64,000 nt of DNA, from sequence record NC_042060.1. One strand, written 5' to 3'. Under the pieces are notes generated by a model. That model did no database searches, had not been told where the DNA came from, and saw nothing but the letters and a program-made list of their open reading frames with translations. Made by a program: the position numbers and the translations under genes. Numbering within the stretch: the stretch's first letter is position 1; the number at the start of each line of letters is the position of its first letter. Positions 44,945 to 53,822 of this stretch are shown here, in pieces.

Positions 44945-45042
44945 ATTATCAATAGGTGGGATCTCGGCGGCACCTTCATTTGCGGACGGGAACGCTGAAG
45001 GGAGATAGTCCGGGAGATCCCGATTTGGGTATTCTTTACATA
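44917..45042 (-). ncRNA. candidate structured small RNA
   Basis: TATGTA at 45042, nested stems gggatctc/gagatccc and ccttca/tgaagg, then a terminator. Confidence 0.4.
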
Positions 45043-45047
45043 TGGTA

Positions 45048-45428
45048 TTACTGCAAGTATTTGTTCCCCGCAGTATAATCACCATTGATCCAATTTTTGA
45101 TTACAACACTGATCCCTTCATTTTCTTTAACGGTAACCCCCAACTCAAGATCGATTGATTGATAAGCTACAGCCGCCAGTGTTAACCGAAGATAAACGGA
45201 TCCATCTTTTTCGATATCGTAGGATACTACGAACCCGTCTTGTAGATTTTGTAGCTGGAATGTATTAGCATGTTGTGGGTGGAGACGATCCATATTGTAC
45301 TCGACGACATCTAGTAGATATTGCCGAGCATCAGCAGCATTATCAAATCCGAGATCGCACAGACCGATCGGATAGCGAGCTTGCGTGCATGTAACTTTCA
45401 TAGATACTACACGATGTTGTTTGCACAT
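45048..45428 (-). CDS. hypothetical protein
   Basis: 126 aa, GAGGA RBS. Confidence 0.75.
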   Translation of the reverse strand: MCKQHRVVSMKVTCTQARYPIGLCDLGFDNAADARQYLLDVVEYNMDRLHPQHANTFQLQNLQDGFVVSYDIEKDGSVYLRLTLAAVAYQSIDLELGVTVKENEGISVVIKNWINGDYTAGNKYLQ

Positions 45429-45453
45429 TATATTTTCCTCTTAGATGTCAAAA

Positions 45454-45476
45454 ACCCTCCCCGATCAGGGGAGGGT
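45454..45476 (-). terminator. intrinsic terminator
   Basis: accctcccc / ggggagggt stem then TTTT. Confidence 0.8.
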
Positions 45477-45569
45477 ATCTCATTGGTACTTCTTCAGCAA
45501 AACTGAAACTAAGATAAAAGAGCAATCGTAAAGGAACTACATAGAATAGTGTATTTCTTTTACTATTTT

Positions 45570-45983
45570 TTACACAACCTCTTTAGATGGGGGTTCTTTA
45601 TGAATCCAGTCTAAAGTTGTTGGTAAACTATTATCTGATCTGAAGGTACACACCGTCCGGAACCGAGAGTGATCAACTACAGATAATTGCCCGTTAATCG
45701 CAGCCTCATATTGCCTACACAACTTCACACACCTTTTCTCTAGATCAGTTGGTTCGTAACCTTCTTCTCTTGGTTCAGTGTATGGTCCATCCCAAAAGAA
45801 TATTAATCTAAGATCAATCCCAGATTTATACTCCGCTTGGTATGAATATTGATGAACATCAAAATCATCTAATTCTTCAACTAGATGTGATGTTATTGTT
45901 CTAGGGTGTTCATGAGTTAATTCACTGTATATATGTTTATTTCTAGGGTTTTGTAAATCAACTACGATAAGTTGACTAGTCAT
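45570..45983 (-). CDS. hypothetical protein
   Basis: ATG 45983 directly after the upstream stop; track start overlaps the neighbour. Confidence 0.7.
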   Translation of the reverse strand: MTSQLIVVDLQNPRNKHIYSELTHEHPRTITSHLVEELDDFDVHQYSYQAEYKSGIDLRLIFFWDGPYTEPREEGYEPTDLEKRCVKLCRQYEAAINGQLSVVDHSRFRTVCTFRSDNSLPTTLDWIHKEPPSKEVV

Positions 45984-45984
45984 T

Positions 45985-46638
45985 TTAACTTTTATCCAGA
46001 TGTCTATTACGAGTGCGTTCCACTGCTGTAGGTTCGACAGTGGCTCGCGGTAGATAAGTAATCTCCGGGAAAGTCTTATTAAGAGCATCTTCAATTAGCT
46101 CTTTAGCAATCTCTGCATCGATGTAATGGTTTAGAATAATACCACGATGATACAGGAAGAAGCTGTATTCATCATAACCATGGCGAAGACTTACTTTACC
46201 ACGATACCCACCATAGGTTAGAGTATCTTCGTTAATTTCATTCCGATAAATATCAAGTTGGATATTATTTTGAAGATGCATTTGAATGAAGTCATTACCA
46301 TCGCCACCAAATAGGGTTGGTCGTTTCCGCCCGGTAACAACATCTTGGATGGAATCCATTAGTCGGTTAATGTCTGTTTCTAATCGTTGGATATCACATT
46401 GAGAATTCATTGCTTCATGAAAACGAGTTACAACTGCATTAAATTCTTCTTCAGTCCAACCGCTGGTACGTTTTTCATAATCAACAATGATAATACCGAA
46501 CCAGGCATAACCGTTAGAATGTTTTACTTTAACACATAGATGAGGTACATTATCAGCACCTGACTGATGGTTAACAGTGTAATTATTATTACGGCTGATT
46601 ACTAGTTTGATAAAAGGTAGACTAATGATTGACGCCAT
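45985..46638 (-). CDS. hypothetical protein
   Basis: 217 aa, AAGGA RBS. Confidence 0.8.
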   Translation of the reverse strand: MASIISLPFIKLVISRNNNYTVNHQSGADNVPHLCVKVKHSNGYAWFGIIIVDYEKRTSGWTEEEFNAVVTRFHEAMNSQCDIQRLETDINRLMDSIQDVVTGRKRPTLFGGDGNDFIQMHLQNNIQLDIYRNEINEDTLTYGGYRGKVSLRHGYDEYSFFLYHRGIILNHYIDAEIAKELIEDALNKTFPEITYLPRATVEPTAVERTRNRHLDKS

Positions 46639-46786
46639 GGAAATATTCCTTTTGTATTTTTTAAATTAAAGTAGGAGTTATTATTGAGTTTCAACTCAAT
46701 ACATCAATAACTCCAGTATGTTTTCAAAATTAAATACATGTATTTACAGTTACATTGTAACCAGTTAGTTTTGCCAACAATACAAA

Positions 46787-46975
46787 TTAGCGAACCTGTT
46801 CGATTTTTTCAGAAACAATGAAAATATGTGCAATACGATCCTCATCAACATACCGATATCGAAATGAGGTATAACTAGATGACACATCCGTATCGTTTAA
46901 ATAGGTGATATTAAAATCATCTACTTCCCTACCATTAGCAGCCGCAACGGTATTTAGAATGTTGAGTAGACTCAT
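46787..46975 (-). CDS. small hypothetical protein
   Basis: 62 aa, AAGGA RBS. Confidence 0.65.
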   Translation of the reverse strand: MSLLNILNTVAAANGREVDDFNITYLNDTDVSSSYTSFRYRYVDEDRIAHIFIVSEKIEQVR

Positions 46976-46998
46976 TTTACAGATTCCTTTTTAGTATA

Positions 46999-48525
46999 TT
47001 AATATTTCAATAGACTATTGATAAAAGCATTAGGGTCATAACGGTTATTTGAAAAAGCCGCCATTACATCACACCCTGGCTGATCTTTAAATCTGATATC
47101 TTCAGGAATATCGAAGTCAGGGAACATTAGTTTAATATACTCCCTAACCTCTTGATCTCGTAGATATGGAATCTCCACCATGTAATCAACGCGACCTTTC
47201 CTTAGAAGTGCTTTATCAATATTCTCAGGATGGTTTGTAGTTAGAATGGTCATTGTCTCATCTAGTGGAACAATGCCATCTAGACCATTTAATAAAGCTG
47301 ACAAAGTTAATCCGCTAGCCGGTTGTTCATACGTAATTCCATTCTTCATACACTTCTTTAATTTCCACCATCGGCGAATTGTGGTAAATAATGGATCTTT
47401 CTCATCGGCCCATTTTGAAACACCCAATTCAGCCATAGCGTAAGCACTTATCCCAAAACCTTGATCATCGCTATTTTCATCAAAGATATAGATGGTGTCA
47501 TTAAATCCAACTACAGAGTATCCTTCATAGTCATCTTTAAGATCAACCCATGCAGATGGATATTTCTCAATTAAATCAATAAAAGAATATTTCCTCTCTA
47601 ATTCTTTTATCTCTTTATCTAGTTTTACAGGATCATTTAAAACGCGATCTTTAACTGCCGGGGTATCATCGAAGTCCTCAATTAAAAGAATATTACCTTT
47701 AGGTAGTGTAGTAAATGCCCGCCTAAGACTATCATTAGTCATAGAGGCTAGTGATAGCGCACTAACATTTTTATTAAAATGTGAGGCAATTGCTTTACTG
47801 ATCGAGGTTTTACCAGTACCAGGAGGACCTGTTAAAACACAAGTGAATTTATAGGGTAGTCCACGATCATCGTACCATTTCCGATCAGAATAGAATTCTT
47901 CAATCTTATTAAGGAATTCTTCTTTGATCTCTTTACGCAAAATCACCGTGTTGATATCGCGTTTAGTAACTTCAATCTCATTGCCCCAACGGTTACCATC
48001 CCAATGTGAAATAGTCAGACCCCTTTCATTTGGGCGCCAATGGTAAGCATCTACTAAATCAATAATTAGTTTACTACTCCTAGATAATCCACGGATAGTA
48101 ATATCCATTTGATCTCGACTGGCATTTTGACTATCCCGGCGTGCTTTTACAAACCAGAATAACCTACCTTTAAACAGAAAGAAATGTAAGCCAAAACCAA
48201 CACCAATTTTCTGTTTAGTTGCACTATAACTTTGCTCATCAACATTAGTTGAAAAACGTCGATTAAATCCAGCTAATGGCTGCTTAATATACCATTCCAT
48301 GAAACAATCAAAGTTCTTCTCGTTCAGCCCATTACCCATGTTGGTAATATGTAGACTAACTGTAAACTGATTTAATGCGAACCTAGCTAGTTTACTTGGT
48401 AAGCCTCTTAGAGTGGTCCAGAATAAACCACCAATTGCCATTCCGATAGCTCCACCCATAACCATATTCTTCTGAGAGATATCGATGAACATGGCGTAAT
48501 ATTGCAATAAGGTTTCTATAATCAT
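46999..48525 (-). CDS. BCS1-like membrane-anchored AAA+ ATPase
   Basis: N-terminal TM; KRDINTVIL..WYDDRGLPYK; GPPGTGKT; ILLIEDFD; SGLTLSALLNGLDG; TTNHPENIDKALLRKGRVD. Confidence 0.88.
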   Translation of the reverse strand: MIIETLLQYYAMFIDISQKNMVMGGAIGMAIGGLFWTTLRGLPSKLARFALNQFTVSLHITNMGNGLNEKNFDCFMEWYIKQPLAGFNRRFSTNVDEQSYSATKQKIGVGFGLHFFLFKGRLFWFVKARRDSQNASRDQMDITIRGLSRSSKLIIDLVDAYHWRPNERGLTISHWDGNRWGNEIEVTKRDINTVILRKEIKEEFLNKIEEFYSDRKWYDDRGLPYKFTCVLTGPPGTGKTSISKAIASHFNKNVSALSLASMTNDSLRRAFTTLPKGNILLIEDFDDTPAVKDRVLNDPVKLDKEIKELERKYSFIDLIEKYPSAWVDLKDDYEGYSVVGFNDTIYIFDENSDDQGFGISAYAMAELGVSKWADEKDPLFTTIRRWWKLKKCMKNGITYEQPASGLTLSALLNGLDGIVPLDETMTILTTNHPENIDKALLRKGRVDYMVEIPYLRDQEVREYIKLMFPDFDIPEDIRFKDQPGCDVMAAFSNNRYDPNAFINSLLKY

Positions 48526-49307
48526 ACTAGCATCCCTCTGGATAGCTTAGGAAAATATTGTCCACAGATCATGTATTCACGTTCTAGAAAATCTAGAGTA
48601 TGACTTTCAAATATTTCACCTACATCTTTACCATAGATTTCCGTATACCCATTTTTGAATACGGCCATTACATAAACATCAGACATAGTCATGCCGTAGT
48701 TATAAATTTGATTGTCTCTGTATTTTGGATGAAATAGGTCATATAAAAAACGAGTCATTGAACTATTGGCAACAGTTGTCACCCCTTTCTGCTTTAAGGC
48801 ATAACGTACTTGTTTAACCACATAGTTAACTTTAGAGCGCTCGCCAAATACCGTCAGTTTATCTACATTGCAATTACGATATCCCATAACTTCAGGATTA
48901 GCTATCACGGTGTGTTTTGGAACACGTACATCAAAGATAATGCCATTAGGGGATAGAATAATCTTTTCATGGTTAAATAGAACATGAAATAAATGTCGTT
49001 CTGGTTTAGTGATTTTGATACTTAACCCAATCACCCCACTAATCTTTCTTTCTAGATCTTCTAGTGACTGCATCACCATGTGATATTGATTGAAGAAAGC
49101 ATTATTCTTATATTTATCTAACTCAAAGTATTTCCAACTTCCACGAAAATGAATAGCATGACTTTTGGTATAACCTTTAGTTAATTTACTTTTGAGTTTT
49201 TCAAACCAATTTTCAAGATAACCTTCGACTGTAAAACCAAGTGGGTTATTATTAATCAGTTTATTGGAATATGATAAGCTAAATCTGTACATGGTTCGAC
49301 GATGCAT
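48522..49307 (-). CDS. hypothetical protein, paralogue of 49364-50236
   Basis: 261 aa; ATGA overlap with the AAA gene; shared C-terminal blocks. Confidence 0.75.
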   Translation of the reverse strand: MHRRTMYRFSLSYSNKLINNNPLGFTVEGYLENWFEKLKSKLTKGYTKSHAIHFRGSWKYFELDKYKNNAFFNQYHMVMQSLEDLERKISGVIGLSIKITKPERHLFHVLFNHEKIILSPNGIIFDVRVPKHTVIANPEVMGYRNCNVDKLTVFGERSKVNYVVKQVRYALKQKGVTTVANSSMTRFLYDLFHPKYRDNQIYNYGMTMSDVYVMAVFKNGYTEIYGKDVGEIFESHTLDFLEREYMICGQYFPKLSRGMLV

Positions 49308-49334
49308 TTTATATTCCTGCCAAATAAAGAAAAA

Positions 49335-49360
49335 ATAAAGGGCTCCGAAGAGCCCTTTAT
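49335..49360 (-). terminator. intrinsic terminator
   Basis: ataaagggctc-UUCG-gagccctttat then TTTT. Confidence 0.85.
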
Positions 49361-49363
49361 ATA

Positions 49364-50236
49364 TTAGATTTTTACAGACCAGTGTTGCTCGAATTCCTGA
49401 TATAGGAAATTGTCGGATGCGTTATCCCAATTTTCTCGATCGGTTACACCATAATAATGGAATTCTAGTTCAGTAGGTCCACCAACAAAACCATTCTTAG
49501 CATAGCTATAAACTTTGCCATTGGTTAGCTTAATAAGTACATCCACATAGAAACTATTACGGTTCCATATTTCATTGTGGATGTACTTAAATACCACACT
49601 GTGGATGTACTTAAATTGCGCACTTGGTTTTCCGAGTACACTATAATAGAATTTACGGATACCTATTTCGGTCTTGAAATTAAACTCACCGTTGCGAATG
49701 TTGTTAGAAACAATACGTGTTAGTTTATTAACCCGATTTTCTTCACCGAGTAGATAGATCCCGGAAACACTACATCCATCTCCTATTGATCCATTATTAA
49801 CTAGTGGATCAACACCATATTCATCAGTGAAAATGGTTTTGATAACCTCTTTACCTTCTCGACGCACCAACATATTCAGATGACCATCTTCGATATATGA
49901 CATATGGCTAGGCTGAATATATTCACTTGTATCGACGATAACATCATTCGCCATTATATTAAACAGTAGATGGTTTACCAGATCACTAATACCTTTAAAA
50001 CGAATGGCTTGGTTCGCTGTATTTAGATCGACATACACCACGACATCAATAATGCCTTGTTTTAGTGATTTGTCATCTTTGTCAGTAGTTGTATCAATTT
50101 TTACGTAATTTTGATATAGTTCACTAAAACAAGATATGATGTCATCATGTAGTTTAATTACATCAGATCCATTTCGTTCAAGCGCTTTAAGCGATACGTT
50201 AAAACCAATACGAATTTTATTAGAACGACGTGCCAT
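49364..50236 (-). CDS. hypothetical protein, paralogue of 48522-49307
   Basis: 290 aa, AGGTG RBS. Confidence 0.8.
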   Translation of the reverse strand: MARRSNKIRIGFNVSLKALERNGSDVIKLHDDIISCFSELYQNYVKIDTTTDKDDKSLKQGIIDVVVYVDLNTANQAIRFKGISDLVNHLLFNIMANDVIVDTSEYIQPSHMSYIEDGHLNMLVRREGKEVIKTIFTDEYGVDPLVNNGSIGDGCSVSGIYLLGEENRVNKLTRIVSNNIRNGEFNFKTEIGIRKFYYSVLGKPSAQFKYIHSVVFKYIHNEIWNRNSFYVDVLIKLTNGKVYSYAKNGFVGGPTELEFHYYGVTDRENWDNASDNFLYQEFEQHWSVKI

Positions 50237-50277
50237 GGTTATATCACCTATGTTAAATTAATGAATTATTTATTCAA

Positions 50278-50640
50278 TTACCGTACTACATCTGTGATTA
50301 GAATAAGTTCATCATCACTATTGATAACACTATAGCTTTTTACAATTTCGATGCGCTTACTAATAATCTTATTCTCTAGATCTACTTTTACGATATTAAC
50401 ACGAATTACCTTATTTGATTGATCATGCATTTCTTTAAAAATGCATTCGATATTTTTACCAATGACAGCTTTTAATTTTTCAATGCTGTCAATGGATGAA
50501 TATTTAAAACTATATGCTTCTGCCAGGGTTTTTGCATTACCCACAACCGTAGTTAGGGTACCCCAATAATCATAAACATACAACGCAGTATCACTATTGG
50601 GATTATCGATAATTTCAATTATAAAATCCACTTGTATCAC
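50278..50640 (-). CDS. hypothetical protein
   Basis: 120 aa, first ORF after an early-promoter motif. Confidence 0.75.
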   Translation of the reverse strand: MIQVDFIIEIIDNPNSDTALYVYDYWGTLTTVVGNAKTLAEAYSFKYSSIDSIEKLKAVIGKNIECIFKEMHDQSNKVIRVNIVKVDLENKIISKRIEIVKSYSVINSDDELILITDVVR

Positions 50641-50667
50641 TCCTATTAGTTTATTGATAGTACACTT

Positions 50668-50686
50668 GTAATATAGATCTTAAATA
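50668..50686 (-). promoter_or_regulatory. early promoter motif
   Basis: TATTTAAGATCTATATTAC on the minus strand. Confidence 0.65.
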
Positions 50687-50695
50687 AATTATGAT

Positions 50696-51160
50696 CTAAC
50701 CATTTAAAATAGATAAAGCCTCTATATGCCAATGGTGTATTAGTTCTTCTTTACTAATAATATTATTGAAGTAGTTTAACCGATGTGATACCATTAATTT
50801 AGAATGCATATCGACTTCACTACTTACCTTAATCACCCCAGTCTCTAATAATTGCAGAGAGCCAACATACGCAAATAAAGTTGGTTTTAAATACCAGTGT
50901 TCCCTATATTGTTTTTGATCAGGTACATTTCCTATAATGTAGTCAGTAGAATTACTTCGGTATGCGTAAATAGTTGATTTAGAACCAAGTAAATTAAGAT
51001 CGATATCATAACTCCCGCTTTTAGCTGCAATACATTCAATAACTGATGGAGCCACACATATACGGTTGGTTACACTGTCTTCGCCATCAGCTCTATTACT
51101 TGGAATATATGGCCTTAATAAAACATAATCCCCAAGGTATACTGTCGATATGTGATACAT
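50696..51160 (-). CDS. putative ADP-ribosyltransferase-fold protein
   Basis: YHIS, RICVAPS, IYAY, VPD..REHW in ART strand order. Confidence 0.6.
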   Translation of the reverse strand: MYHISTVYLGDYVLLRPYIPSNRADGEDSVTNRICVAPSVIECIAAKSGSYDIDLNLLGSKSTIYAYRSNSTDYIIGNVPDQKQYREHWYLKPTLFAYVGSLQLLETGVIKVSSEVDMHSKLMVSHRLNYFNNIISKEELIHHWHIEALSILNG

Positions 51161-51175
51161 AATTAACCTATTTAA

Positions 51176-51703
51176 TTAAAACAGATAACGCTCTGTTACT
51201 GAACGATATTGTGACATGATGTTTAATGGATCAACATCCACTGGTGCTTTAGTGACAGTTAAGCGAGCACCTTTTAAAAATTCACCAATATCTAATTTCC
51301 TTACAGTAACATCATGGATAGTGTTTTTCGTAATCCACTCAGTATCAATGCTATTGTGAGGATTATTATTCTTAATCCATTTGTCAGAGTCCCTAAATGG
51401 AATGGTATAAACATACACAACCATTTTTAAAATATCACTTTTATCGATATTATTTTGACAATAGATTGTAATATCCCTATCAACAGTAGCATATCTATCA
51501 CTATCAAATAACTTTTCGATAGCGCTACCAATACCTAAATAAGATGCATCTTTTTCAGATGACGTTGCATATAGGTATTGGTTAGACTCAATACCATCCC
51601 ACATAACAAGTTCACCAGATCTTTTAAATCCTGGCATTAATTCATCTTGTTTATAAAGAGAACCATGGTAAAGTAATTCTGGTTTATTCATAATAAAATC
51701 CAC
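51176..51703 (-). CDS. putative H-Y-E class ADP-ribosyltransferase (Arr/PARP-like)
   Basis: LYHGS, LYAT, VYVYTI, TEWIT; likely start ATG 51691. Confidence 0.7.
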   Translation of the reverse strand: MDFIMNKPELLYHGSLYKQDELMPGFKRSGELVMWDGIESNQYLYATSSEKDASYLGIGSAIEKLFDSDRYATVDRDITIYCQNNIDKSDILKMVVYVYTIPFRDSDKWIKNNNPHNSIDTEWITKNTIHDVTVRKLDIGEFLKGARLTVTKAPVDVDPLNIMSQYRSVTERYLF

Positions 51704-51737
51704 TATGCTTTATAAGAGTTATGGTTATCAATTAACT

Positions 51738-52094
51738 TCAAGGTAACAGTGTGGCCGTATTGAAGTGATTGGTTACTGCTTCGATCAGCATATGCTCGAT
51801 GTTGATTTTGTAGTATTCCGGTTCTTCGTTCAATTCCCAAATGACAGTCGCACGTAATAGTGCAGGTGCTATGAATCTAACTACCTTACCATGTGTGTCA
51901 AACTCTACATTAAACATTGCATAATGTTCAGTGGTATGATCTTTGTAAAAAGTGAAAGTACCAGCGTAACTGCGAACCTCTATTTCACCGTGAACACTGG
52001 AGTAGACTTCCTGGTGGAATACTTTACCTTTAAGGCGTGTATTCTCTTCAATGATATTTACCAATTCTTTCAATTTGTCTTTATCTAGTTGCAT
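51738..52094 (-). CDS. hypothetical protein
   Basis: 118 aa, AGGA RBS. Confidence 0.8.
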   Translation of the reverse strand: MQLDKDKLKELVNIIEENTRLKGKVFHQEVYSSVHGEIEVRSYAGTFTFYKDHTTEHYAMFNVEFDTHGKVVRFIAPALLRATVIWELNEEPEYYKINIEHMLIEAVTNHFNTATLLP

Positions 52095-52134
52095 TTGTAG
52101 GTTCCTATTAATAAATGTATACGATGGATATCTT

Positions 52135-52500
52135 TTACGATTTCCGGTGCTTATCCATATCTAGTTTTACATCAGCATATATCTTGAATCTATCAGATAG
52201 ACTATCCATATCTACACGCAATGCCCGAATATGCATATGAGTATCTTTTGGTTTACCTTCAGACTCCCATACGGCCTTTACGATATCAAATACCACATTG
52301 TTCAAATAGTATTCGACTTCATGTTCATCAAGCAAAAGAGTGTCATGGAAACCAATACGTGATAAAATGGCGTAATCACGCTGATTAACATCTCTCCAAC
52401 CTTTACGTACTAAGTAACTTTTACAGATTCCATCTTTTTTACAACTTTTACTAATAATTTCTATAATGAACTTATCATGCCATTTATAATCCATAATCAT
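52135..52500 (-). CDS. hypothetical protein
   Basis: 121 aa, AAGGAG RBS. Confidence 0.8.
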   Translation of the reverse strand: MIMDYKWHDKFIIEIISKSCKKDGICKSYLVRKGWRDVNQRDYAILSRIGFHDTLLLDEHEVEYYLNNVVFDIVKAVWESEGKPKDTHMHIRALRVDMDSLSDRFKIYADVKLDMDKHRKS

Positions 52501-52507
52501 TACTCCT

Positions 52508-53020
52508 TCATTTAATCAGCTTCATTACTAGAGGAACAGATAGACTTATGCCATTGGCCATTTTAGCTAGGCTATGATAGACATCGTCTGCTTCTTGATT
52601 ATTGGTACAAGGTATAGAAATGGCATCACCATAGTAAGGACTGTAGTTAATACGGTCGCCATACACACCACTCACAAAACTATAATCTAATCCATCCGTA
52701 GTAGTCATAATAACTACAACATGATCATCCCCAACTATACCGGATTCTAAATCCTCACATAGTTCCAGTTTTTGTTGCACACCTCGTTGACAGATCCATA
52801 CCTCACGGTATTGATGATGGGGATATGGATTACATGCTACATCATTTTCACTAACGAAGTACATAGTCCCCCAGTTGTAAGACTGGAATTGGGTTGTTTG
52901 TTTGTGGGCTTCCCATACCTCCTCCATACAAAAGGTATGTTTGTTAACCCATAGACCATCGTTATTAAGACTATCAACGATCCCATCACGGACACGTACT
53001 ACACGGAGTGTTTTAGTCAT
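52508..53020 (-). CDS. hypothetical protein
   Basis: 170 aa, overlaps the upstream stop. Confidence 0.8.
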   Translation of the reverse strand: MTKTLRVVRVRDGIVDSLNNDGLWVNKHTFCMEEVWEAHKQTTQFQSYNWGTMYFVSENDVACNPYPHHQYREVWICQRGVQQKLELCEDLESGIVGDDHVVVIMTTTDGLDYSFVSGVYGDRINYSPYYGDAISIPCTNNQEADDVYHSLAKMANGISLSVPLVMKLIK

Positions 53021-53453
53021 CTACGTAACCCTCATCAGATACATAAGTGCGTTCAGGGCTGAACACATATTTGATGTTATTAATTACAGCTGTGATATAA
53101 ACCTGATATTCTTTTGAAATAGATTCCATCAGTTCAATAGATACGGAATTTGAACTCTGAATAAGTTTATTTACTTTCTTTAGTTCATCAAATTCTAACC
53201 GACCGTAGATTATACCAACATCTCTGAAACTGATAACTGGATAGTGTTTCCAAATATAACAATTCAGTTTACCAAGATGAATTACTTGAATTGTTTCATC
53301 GCACCATTGTTTCTTTTTCTTATTGTAGTATTCAACACGACGTTCGATGAAGACGCGAGTACCAGAAACAGAGGTGTACGCATTCAGTTCATAACCATAC
53401 TTATGGTCAACGTTATTTGGATCTTGGCGCCATTTTGGAATGAATGCTTTCAT
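53013..53453 (-). CDS. hypothetical protein
   Basis: 146 aa, AAGGA RBS. Confidence 0.8.
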   Translation of the reverse strand: MKAFIPKWRQDPNNVDHKYGYELNAYTSVSGTRVFIERRVEYYNKKKKQWCDETIQVIHLGKLNCYIWKHYPVISFRDVGIIYGRLEFDELKKVNKLIQSSNSVSIELMESISKEYQVYITAVINNIKYVFSPERTYVSDEGYVDD

Positions 53454-53480
53454 TTGTATTTTCCTTTTTACGAAATAGAA

Positions 53481-53498
53481 GCCCTCCCGAAGGAGGGC
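53481..53498 (-). terminator. intrinsic terminator
   Basis: gccctcc-UUCG-ggagggc then TTCTATTT. Confidence 0.8.
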
Positions 53499-53511
53499 AA
53501 TTATACCATTA

Positions 53512-53811
53512 TTAAATTACGAGTCTATATACTTCTTTTAATTTTTCACCAGGGGTAGCTAGATAATCTACATTATATTTAATAGCAATTACACCCACAA
53601 GTTCTTTTCTCAGTAGCTGTTCTACCTGATCGCATAATTTATCAATAGTTCCATCTTCTACATCCTCGTATAATGGATATTGACTATAAATATTATCAGG
53701 TGTAAGTACAGACAGTTTCAATTCCCCATCTTTACCAATGACTGGGTGATATGTCTGTTTAAGACCTTTACAATGATAGTGATAGGTAATGCGCTGTTGT
53801 TTAGTGGTCAT
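53512..53811 (-). CDS. hypothetical protein
   Basis: 99 aa, AAGGT RBS. Confidence 0.75.
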   Translation of the reverse strand: MTTKQQRITYHYHCKGLKQTYHPVIGKDGELKLSVLTPDNIYSQYPLYEDVEDGTIDKLCDQVEQLLRKELVGVIAIKYNVDYLATPGEKLKEVYRLVI

Positions 53812-53822
53812 GTAAAGATACC

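Noticed and set aside
47320-47665. Intein in the AAA+ insertion
   Set aside because: No Cys/Ser start or His-Asn-(Cys/Ser/Thr) end, and no LAGLIDADG-like blocks.
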